NCBI GenBank assembly: GCA_965112155.1
Contig: OZ218099.1
Strand: one strand, 5' to 3'
From: Podarcis liolepis
Taxonomy: Eukaryota
DNA length: 64,000 nt
The notes under the pieces are model-generated. The model was not told the origin of the DNA and did no database searches. It saw only the letters and a list, made by a program, of their open reading frames with translations. The first letter of the stretch is position 1. The number at the start of each line of letters is the position of its first letter. Of the stretch, positions 27,415 through 37,612 are shown piece by piece. The position numbers were made by a program, and so were the translations under genes.

Positions 27415-27819
27415 TAATATGATTCTAAGGGACAGTCTCACTCCTGTTGCCAGACACACCACTTATAGTAATAGCCAGCACAGAGAAAACCGGGTCACAC
27501 AGGGACAAAATGCAGGGAAGTAAAAGTTCCTCCCTCACTCTGACCCAGAATCCCCTTCAGTCTTCCCAATGTCCTGCCTTGCTCCTTGGCAGCATTGCAG
27601 ACACCCCGTTCCATCCCACCCACTGCCAACTTTTTTCCCTTAGTTCCTCATCCTTTCCAGCTGTCACACCTAACCACCTCTCCCTCCATTCCACATTCCC
27701 TCTTAGTCCTTCAGATGTCCTCTTTACTCCCAATCCATTCCATGTTCCCCAGTCTGTAACCTGAAGCGTCTGTAACCCAATGCACCACTGTAGTCTATGA
27801 GTCTGTGGCAGCCAAAATA

Positions 27820-28650
27820 TTTTGTTTGTTTGTTTGTTTGTTTCTTAAATTTATCAGTCACTTTATCTTGCCCAGGGATACCCAAAGTGACTTACAACCA
27901 AAAAACAAGCAAACAATAAACCCCCACATAGATACATTAACACCAGGAGGAAAGAGAAATACATTAAAAACATCTCACCAACTTATAAAAGACCACAGAT
28001 GCTTAAAGGCTAAATGCCTGGTTATAGAGGAAAGTTTTTGCCTGGCACCTAAAGATATATAATGATGGAGCCAGGGAAACCTGCCTGAGAGAACATTCCC
28101 CAAACAGGGAGCCACCACAGAGAAGACTTGTTCTTGTGTTGCCACCATCAGGACCTCTCATAGAGGGGACAAACTAAGGGCATCAGATGATGATTGCAGT
28201 GTCCAGATCAACTCTTATGGGGAAAGGCAGTCCTTGAAGTATTGTGACCCTGAACCATTTAAGGCTTTATAGGTCAAAACCAGCACTTTGAATTAGGCCT
28301 GGAAACTATTTGGCAGCTGGGCCAAGATTGGAGTAATACGCTCAAACCGCCTTGCCCTGGTGAGCAACTTGGCCAATCAATTCTGCGTCAGCTGAAGTTT
28401 CTGAACTTTCTTCAGAGGCAGCGCTACATCTAACATGTTGCAGAAATCTAACCTAGAGGCTACCAGAGCATACAAAACAGAATATAGGCTATCCCTGTCC
28501 AGATAGGGGCACAGCTGGGTCACCAGCTGAAGCCGGTAGAAGGCACTCCATGCCACTGAGGCCACCTGAATCTCGAGTGACAGCAATGGATCCAGAGGTA
28601 TCCCTAAGCTATGTACCAACTCCTTCAGAGGGAGTGTAACTCCATCAAGA
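27820..28650 (-). mobile_element. L2-like LINE 3' fragment
   Basis: Peptide LDGVTLPLKELVHSLG...ALVASRLDFCN...KLQLTQN and an (AAAC)n/AAAT tail near 27820-27850. Confidence 0.8.
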
Positions 28651-30063
28651 GCAGACAACACCCAATCCATAAAGATAAAGTGTAGAATGAAACGTTGGAG
28701 ATTATTTGAGCCCTTCGCCCCACCCCAGAATGAATTTTCTGTAGGCAAGCAGCCTACTGCCTTAGTTTCATGAGCAAGAAGCTATTGTAGTCTAGGCATC
28801 TCAATTAGATTAGCTAATAAAATTACAATTCTTCAGCCTCATGCTCTAATAGCCCTTTCTATCAAAGCCAAGCAATCCTAAAGCCAAGATGCCAACTCAT
28901 AACTTGAAAGGTGCTTGGATTTTTTCTTCTAACACAGATATTCCCAACAACATTCTATTACTCCTTTCCTTGGCTGGCGGAATCAAAACTAGGCTTTGAT
29001 AGTATTTCCCTAGTGGCTACAATGCTTTTAACTTTCACTTTTTATTAAAAATATCTACATCAGACACAAGATTCCCCTGCTGTCCATCAGACTGCAATGC
29101 AGCAGTGCTGACTGGAGTCTAAATAAAGACTGAACACTTCAGCAAACATTATTAAAACAGTTCCATAGGAGCCAAGGTGCTGAGCAGAAATGGAAAACAC
29201 CCAAGTAAAGGTCAGAACTGGTGACTGAAGGGGAGCGTTGAAAAAAGTGCTTTATGAGAAAGGTATTACAACAATCGCTGCTGCTGCTGCTGCTGCTGCT
29301 ACTACAGTTTTTGGGTGAAAAACGAGGATTACATCCCAGTTGTGCTAGCTAACAACGTTCATAAAAAGATACATAATATGGCTGGCTCTCAAGAGTAAAG
29401 CAAACTGATAGGGTAGCACTGCAGAATTTGACAAGTGAAAACCCACATTCTTGCAAAGAGTGAAACATCAGGGTATTCTTAATATGTGTGATAAACCATT
29501 TTCAGGTTGGTTTTTTTAAGGAAAGAATATAAATGTGTAAGCATGGAAATGTTATAATACAACGTGAGCACATGGTGTATTCAGTTCTGCACTAGCTGAA
29601 CTGGCTGTAATCTGTTTCTGGCTCCAATTCAATAGCCTGGGTCCGTGCACAACCTGAGACCCTCATACCTGCAACTCCCAACATTATCCACCATTGGCAA
29701 TGCTTTTGAAACATCTTGTTGGCTGCTGCTGCCGCCTTAAAGACTGTCTCTCTCCATGTGAGCCTACTCACAAACTGATTAGGTCTTATTGCCTACGATT
29801 TCTTTATGGAACTATCTGTAAGTGAGAAAGAAGCCCATAGAGAGAGAACTGCAGAAATGAAACCTCAAACTGGGTTAAAATGATGCAACTGAAAGCCTTG
29901 TGCAATCAAGATTTCAATGGAAAGAATATCGGCAGGATAATCTTTATTTATTTAATCAACTAAACAAAACTTATATGCCACTTAAATGTAAATAAATCCT
30001 CTAAGGTGTTTGCAGGGAAGGGCAATGTTGTGCAGGATCTTTTCTTGACTCATGACTTCAAAT

Positions 30064-30406
30064 CAGAGGTGGGGAAACTCAGTTTCAGGCATTAAATTCG
30101 GCCCTATAGGCCTCACTAGCTAGATTTTCACCCAGGCTACACTTTCTCCCCAGGCCCTTTTTCTAGCCACCTCCCTTCCTCCCCCTGCTCCATGTCCTCA
30201 AGTATACTGAACTGTGATAATACACGTGCCTGCCTGCCTGGAGCTCTGGAGTTTTCTTACTGGAATGTAGCTCATAATTTGATGTTGCACCCATTGCCCC
30301 ACCCATTTTTTGTTCCTGGCCCCACCTACTATTAGCACGCAGCCACCAGACGCATATTCAGCAGGGAAAGTGGCCGTCAGGCTGAAAAGACTCTCTCTAC
30401 CCTTGC
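30064..30406. mobile_element. Decayed hAT-like element
   Basis: CAGAGGTGGGGAAAC left end and a degenerate ...CTCTCTACCCTTG right end; a similar remnant lies at ~42890-43165. Confidence 0.5.
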
Positions 30407-30543
30407 TTCAGATGGACTGTCCTCAAAATATATTTTTCTAAGGTGTGTGAGGGAATTTTCATAGCCTCCAAGAGGAACAGCCCAATCTCAGACTACGAGT
30501 TGGAATTTATAGCCAAGGTAATACCATGGATAGGCTATGGCTA

Positions 30544-31168
30544 TGTGATGGCCTGGGACTCGGACTCAGACTCGGAACCAGAGGAGACTCAGTCTGCACC
30601 AGATCCTTTGCCTCAGGCACCACCTGAACCAAGTCTGGGGCCGGATCCTGAAGAGTCCCAGTCTGCACAGATTCCCCTGCAACAAACACCAGCTGGGCCG
30701 AGTCAGGGGCCTGAGCCTACCCTGGCTCCAGATGCGGGGATTACCTCATTGCCTTCAGCTAGGCCATCACTTACAGCTGCTCCACTACCGGTTGGGTCAG
30801 GGGAGGCTGAGGCTGAGGCGGCCCCTGGGTCTAGTAACCCACCAACGTCTCCTGAGCTGCAGAGACTAAGGTCGGAGAGAAGGAGAGACCTGAGTACCCG
30901 CAGGAGGAATGCTCGCCTTTGGGCAAAACAGGGAGGTGAGTTGCCAGGGGATCAGGACCAGCCGCTACCCTGACAAAGATAGAAGGCTATCGGACCGCGC
31001 CTCAGGTTGCGGGAGCAACATTGCTGCATGCTAGATCATGCACCTGTCCTTGCCTGGTTTTCTGCCTCGTGTCTTGCCTTGGCCCTGTCGGACTGACTCC
31101 TAGCAGAGCCTTCGGATTCTGGACCAGTCCTGGACCACGTTTCATGGGTTACCCCCGGGCCCAGCACA
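30544..31168 (+). mobile_element. Solo LTR, probably Gypsy-type (625 bp)
   Basis: Begins TGTGATGG and ends CCAGCACA (imperfect inverted termini, TG..CA). Perfect 5-bp TSD GGCTA at 30539-30543 and 31169-31173. GC-rich relative to the flanks. The superfamily assignment is inferred. Confidence 0.85.
30548..30973 (+). CDS. LTR-internal ORF, 141 aa, acidic/Pro-rich with Arg-rich C-terminal motif; function unknown
   Basis: ATG at LTR position 5 (GTGATGG), open to TGA 30971-30973: MAWDSDSDSEPEETQ...LQRLRSERRRDLSTRRRNARLW...PLP. The internal 23-codon repeat has 7 synonymous differences among 14 conserved residues. Confidence 0.55.
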   Translation: MAWDSDSDSEPEETQSAPDPLPQAPPEPSLGPDPEESQSAQIPLQQTPAGPSQGPEPTLAPDAGITSLPSARPSLTAAPLPVGSGEAEAEAAPGSSNPPTSPELQRLRSERRRDLSTRRRNARLWAKQGGELPGDQDQPLP

Positions 31169-33041
31169 GGCTATTCCTACCTCTGGCTAGGAATTCTCTG
31201 GGTCCAAGATCTGTATCCCCAGCCTGCTGACAACAGGCGTGTTGCATCCAAACCATCTCCACCTTTGGATGGTGGCACAAATATAAGGTGTGTGCCTTGA
31301 GGTGGAGAAAGCAATCTTACTTTTACCTTGTTCCCCACCATTGGAGTCAATGGGATTAGAATAACTTCTGCCAAGTTCTGCCCTGGTGTAGATTCCTGCT
31401 CTATATATGGGTGTGTCCCTGCAAGGAGGGGAGTTAAGCATTTCTATAGGTGTGTTGGTGCAGGAATCAACCCCCCACTCCATCCATGCCCCAGTTTCAT
31501 ATACTTCACCACTGGGACATGGTGGAGCCTTCAAGGCAGAATAAGCTTATGATAGCATTGCGGCTTGTGTATCCTAGTAGCAGATATCTTGTTCTGCTGT
31601 TGGCATGGCAGCCCTGCCATTTCCAAGTTCCACTCGGCCAGCAGATATCAGGGCCAGGATTGCACCCTTAGTAATTCCCCTCCCCCTGCTCCACTGCAAA
31701 TGTTCATCACAACAAAATGTTCACCCGGATGCTTACCGTTAAGGTCTGTAAGAAAAAAGAAAATTAGAAAGCTCTCCGGTTAACGCAAAATCCCTGCTGC
31801 TTGTTAAATAGCAATTAGCATGTTTTGTGAAGCTCTCTTGGGAACAGTGGAGGGGAAAACCCACAGATTATTATTATCAGGTCAATGCTCAGAAGCACCA
31901 AGACATATGCTGAAGAAGTCAGATGTTGTGCCACTTGTAAGTACAAACTGACCTCTGTGAGTTTGCCAAACTTTTAGTCTTGCAATGATATAGACATTTA
32001 TTAAATGGAAAAAAGTATTAGTGGATCAATGAAAGAAGGGCAGCATGTGTCAAAGCAAAAAACCTCCATGACCTTTGCGGTTCTTTACTGCAGAGTTTTG
32101 AAATGTGTTTTTTTTTAAGAGAGAAAAAGCTGTGTGCAAATCTTTAGTGAACAAGCATTTCTGAAGGTATCTATGGGCAGCATTTTTTTTTTTAAAATAG
32201 AAAGCCTAGAAACTACATGAGCTGTTTTTACCCTGGATCCAGCTGTACTTACAGATCTATGCTGGCTTTAAAACGCTCACAGCACAATTATCTTTCTTCT
32301 CAGAGACTAATACCAAAAAAATTATTATTGTTGTCACTAAAACTTGTACTAATTGCTTATTTGTCCCTTCTTGGCAAGGACTGAGTTTTATACCTCTTTG
32401 ACTAGGGATAAAAGCTCTTTAAGTGATGTCCACTCTCAAGCCTAGTAAATGCTGGATTAAAGCTTAAGTACCTCATGCTGTGTATGAATCATGCCACATT
32501 TCCCCATCCCAATAGCATGCTTTCAACTAGCACTGTGCTGAAAATTTCTTCTGCAACTCCCCCCAACCATGCTCCCTCAATCAATGGGGAAAGAAATTGC
32601 ATTTGAAAATTATCAGAGGGGGAGAGAACACTTTGCTGATGTTCTCATGAGTGTGGTATGGTTTTTGTTTTCTTTTTTAAATGTGCTTACTTTATAATTG
32701 TGGTGGCTATGGAGTCACGAGTGTCCTTACTGTACTTTCATTCTACAATTATCTCAGCAGTGTCCTGCACTCTGCAGTCTTCCTTGGTGCCCACACTTCA
32801 ACCAAAGCCTGAGGATGATAACAGTGAGATAACTCCGTCCATGGGACTTTTTCTGATCAGAAAGTCCATGCTGATGGGGAGGCTGGAGAGTGCTAGAGAA
32901 ATCTTCACAGGATATAAAAAAGCACATACATTATACTTGGCTACTGGAATAAGTTTCAGTTCAATATACGTACCGAGAGAAACATGGTGGCTTTTTTAAA
33001 CAACAATATACAACGAACACTAGTTTGCAACCACCTGGCAG

Positions 33042-33043
<2 letters not shown>

Positions 33044-33087
<44 letters not shown>
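33044..33087. repeat. (TA)n microsatellite
   Basis: Directly visible. Confidence 0.95.
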
Positions 33088-33090
<3 letters not shown>

Positions 33091-35250
33091 GTCAAGTGCC
33101 TTGAAAATGAGGCAGAATGAAAAGGAAAACAACTTGGAGAAGCTGGAGGAGGGATTTTGAGAGACAGCACCACTTTCAGCTGTTCAGCATTTTCTCTCTC
33201 TTTTCACCCTTGTTATGTACTCACATAAGTCCTAGCATGGGTGTAGAATAAGAATAAAAATACAATAATAGCCTTTCTAAAACTTGTTCAGCAACAGCTT
33301 TCGCTGTGGGGACCATGTGAGTGAGACTTTGCTTTTTTAAGAATTGTAGTGAAATATACTGTCAATACCCCCCATTTGTTAATAAATGTTACCCTCTTCC
33401 CTTTAAAAAAACCAACAACTGTCAATATCTGCCCCATTTCTCATTTATCCAATCTTAAATTCAGTTTGCATCATTTCTGTAGCAGTTCATGATTTTAAAA
33501 AAACTGTATGGAAGCTTGTAAGCATTTTCATCCATATTTTTCCTAATACATAATATGCTAACACCAGTGGGTGGACTGCATTACAAAATTCAGAAAAGTC
33601 TGAATTTTGAAAGCTAACTGTCCCCTTCCCACCCCTAGTTCATGTATGGGTTCAGGAAATGTGAATTAAGCTGCAACCCAACATTATTTTGTCACCCATC
33701 CCTGGTCAGAGCATTCACAAATCTGCTTCCCTGTGGCAAAATCACTGAAAAGTTATCTTGTTTGGGTATGGCATTCTTTGTAAAGAAACTGATCACATTA
33801 ATCATCTGAGGCTTATTGAGAACAACTTTGGCTGCTCCCCCCCACCACTTCATGCCTTCCCAACCAATTATTCTCCTACCTCTTCTCTTGAGCTAATCCT
33901 GCCACATAGTCAAGAAATTCCCTCCAGATCTTGCTCCCCTGCCATTCTTCATTCAGGTGATTCGTCACATAGTAAACATAGATTCTTCCATCCAAATCTC
34001 GACAAATATTTCATCACCTGCAACCAAAATATTATGCTTTCTAGTGTCTCACTATCTCCAAGGGACCATGACTTGGAAATGTTTGATAACACCATTAAGC
34101 ATCTGTATAGCACTCAAAAGTGAAACCCAACAACTCCTGTTGATATAGTGGGATGAAGTGAGGAGAATACAAATTAGCTAACAGATTTATTTCTTGCACT
34201 GACATAATAAGCAAATATTGATGATGTTCCCTTAGTCACTACTTTGCAGCTCTTCTGGAGTTTCGTCCTTTTCTCTTCGCTGCCTCTGAAAGGTGTGATT
34301 CATTCTATCATTCCTGGAGCATAAGAGATTTCGCACCACTAACATACTATGCATCGTAAAAGTAGCAATGCAAGAGGACGGAAGGTGATGACATTTTTCT
34401 CACCTTTACCTGCTTATTTTTAACTTGCCAAGATATTATTTAAAGAACAAGATAAAAGGGAAAGAGGTTCATTTTGCTTTTCAGCAATAATATTTTGCCT
34501 TTGTATTTTTTATAACCTCTCTCCCATCACTCCATATTTTTTTTTAACTCAAGAGCTCCTCTGTGCTGATAATAATGACTTGTTGGAGGGCAGTGATCGA
34601 CATCAAAAGCTCAGTGGTCTTGTCTGCATACGTAATGATGTAGGCTGGCCCTGAGTGAAAACCTTTCATTAGACACAAAGTGCCCTGAGCTGAATTGAAT
34701 GAGCAGATACAATAATGATGACATTAAGATTTGTATTGGGGGTGGGGAATGCTGGAAATGGACTAAATATTGGTCTGGATCAGATGAAACTGCTTCCTCC
34801 ATCCTGTCCAATGCACAGCAGGGAATGACTGCACAATTGCCCTCCCCAACACCCCTGACATCTATGTATGCCCACATAAGGGGAGGGATATTGCCCATGT
34901 ATGTAAAATTCAATCAGTATAAGCCAGCAGTTTAGAGATCTCCATACCCACCCCCCTGGAATTATCTGCAGGATGATGGTCTATGTGCAATGGAGTTAAT
35001 ACACATGGATATTCCTATCTGCATGGATGTGTGGGGCATCTGTGGTGGGGGTCAATACCCCGGATAATGAATCTGGAGGCAAGTATTATGCCATACATCC
35101 CATTCACATGAGTGTTTATGCTTTATGGAGGAATGATGTTCAAACAATAATTTCTTACCAGTCAAGACACCCACCCACTCTCCCACCCAGTGACTAATTT
35201 GATTAAACTCCAATTGAGGTGAGACGTCTTCCATTTCTGTTGGTTTTTGC

Positions 35251-35368
35251 CGCCGCCGCCTTTGGCGATCATTGGTAGCCATGTAAGATTATCTTTCATA
35301 AACACGGTTTTAAAAGTGAGTCTGTAGGTGACCGTGGAGGCCAATTCTGGATCCACGCGTCCTTCCTG
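35251..35368 (-). mobile_element. RTE-clade LINE extreme 3' fragment with 37-bp TSD
   Basis: Minus strand encodes GRTRGSRIGLHGHLQTHF* (RTE ORF2 C-terminal RIGLxSH motif), followed by a short UTR and a (GGC)n tail. Direct repeats at 35214-35250 and 35369-35405 with 1 mismatch. Confidence 0.8.
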
Positions 35369-36989
35369 TTGAGGTGAGACTTCTTCCATTTCTGTTGGTT
35401 TTTGCAGTCTCTGTTGGAAGGCTGTAACAATGAAGAGTTTATAAATTATTTTTCAATGCACCCTTAGAAAAGACTTGAAAATTAACCTTGTGACATACAG
35501 TGAGTAGGAACTTACCCCAAACAAGTCAGGAAAATGCCTGAAAACTGGAAATGGTGGTTATCTTCTTTGTTGCTGTTGACATTCCACCAACCACTAAATT
35601 GACTATAGTAGGTATGTATGGCCAGCTGGACTGGTATTTAATATCCCATCCTCAAACCCATAAAACCATAAATATAAACACCAATGGGTCAAAAGCAAAG
35701 AGACAAACATGTTTAATTTAACTTTTTAAAAAGTAATTTCTGAGATATATTTGCAGGGTTTCATTAGTAAATACTTGCCAAAATACTTATTTTCTCTCTC
35801 TTTTTTGTTTTAGTTTTTTCTTATCATTTTAGCATTGACTGGCAGGTAAAATGGACTGTGTTATTGTTTAGGAGACTATACAAGTGTGCTCATTGAAAGG
35901 AAGCAGCAGCACATAAATCTCCACCAGAGTGCCTCCTTTCTAAGCTCCAATGTTAATTTCAAAACATGTCTCCCTCACTTCCCCAGCTCAACAATAACAG
36001 CAATGATGGGAAATGCAAAAGGACTCTGAACATTCTCTTGCTATGACATGATTTTGTTCACTGAACTATGTGCTCTTCTTTGGATCGAGATTGCTAGACC
36101 CAGATGCCAAGCTTCAGAAAATATTTCTGCAACAGCAGCATCTGATTCCCTGGCAGACATTTCTGACAAGTGCATTGGCAGCTTTCGAATTGCCTCCAGG
36201 CTTGCCTGATGGGTTTTGTGACTGGGCAAGCATTGCTCTCCTATATGCTTTCAAACGAAAACAACATTCACTATCTGTAGGTAACTCTGTATGGGTATCT
36301 TTGGTGATAGTGTTGATCTTGCAGGAACTTTTGTCATCATAATCCCACATATTCATGTATAGACAGTGGGAAATCTGTTCTGAATTTTTTTTTTAATCAA
36401 TGTTGCATGGATTCCCTTTTAAATGGGTCCTCCAACCCTTTGGTTGGCAGCTGGCCTTGAAACCATACAGCTTGTTTTTTCTGTGTGTTGTGAGTATCTT
36501 TCTAAATATCCAGGCTTTGCACTAAATAAATCACATTTCATGTGGTATTCATATGATCAGTCTCCTAGAGAATGAAGCACTGGCAAATACATTTGCATAT
36601 GAAAAGCAAGCTGTTTCCTAAGAAAAATACAATATAGGTGGAATAAAATAAACAATTAAAACAAATGTCAAGTCACCTCTTATTTTCAGTGATGCATAAT
36701 TAGTGGTCACTAATTTATTTTGGGGAACCATTGTATCTATTAATATGCTAGACTATTGCTTTTATTTATTTTTGGAGCAATTAAAGAACAACATGCAAAA
36801 GGATATTATACTGATAATATTACTCTATCATGTTTCACCCCACTGCATGTTGGGCATGGCAGTGAAAGTCAGCTGGACCTGACTTTCTGAAAGTATTATG
36901 TAGGGGAAGACTGAAATCATTGTAAAGAAAAATGAAATAGAGAATGCAACATTCAGTTAGCAGAAAACAAATTAAATGAGCAGCATATG

Positions 36990-37612
36990 TGTTGTTGGCA
37001 TCCACCTGTCTCAAGAAACCATGAAGTGAGCCTCCGGTGGTGAAATCAAACTGCTATATTAGCAGCACCGAAGTGACGTTCCCGGGGTGCAAGGCTGGGC
37101 AATGTTTATGGGAGTTCTCTGCTGCCCAGATGACAAGACCCCTCTCTCGGCCTCACTGATGTGGTCCAAAGGAAAGCAGAGCAATGCGTTGGGCACCAGC
37201 TTAGCTGCAGGAGTTGCTGGAAAGAGGCTTATAAGGCAGCATCCAACCGTCTTAAGGATTCCACTCCGGATTTGTGTACGGTTTTACTCCTTAGTTTTTT
37301 CTTCTCCCAAATATTTCCTGTAACTGGAGGTTTAGGATCAGAGTTTTCCTTCTCCTACGTAGGCTACCTTCCTAGGTGGATGAGCCCCATCTGCCCCTCA
37401 CTTCCCTCTATAGCACATGCAGAAACCACTTTCCTGACCATTGGGTCCACTATTGGTCTAGTCCACTCTATCCGCCAGAGTTTGTCTTTGCATGTAGGGG
37501 AAGTCCTTAACTCACTGAGCTGCCCAGTCAAAACTGTTTCCTGGGATGTGGCTGCTGTTGCATGCCGACAGCTTCTAGGAGTCACAGGTGAGAGTTAAGG
37601 CATGGGTGGGGA
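36990..37612. mobile_element. Interspersed repeat, possibly RTE 5'UTR-derived
   Basis: GC-richer block with GAGTTTTCCTTCTCCTA..GGCTACCTTCC..GGATGAGCCCCATCTGCCC, which resembles RTE-clade 5' regions from memory. No ORF support. Confidence 0.4.

Noticed and set aside
30443-30547. N-terminal 35 codons of the 176-aa ORF in the track
   Set aside because: They lie almost entirely outside the LTR boundary, start at GTG and appear to be a chance open frame in flanking DNA. The credible ORF begins at ATG 30548.
36041-36356. Three overlapping ORFs in repeat-free sequence
   Set aside because: No recognisable protein and no consistent splice signals in any frame.
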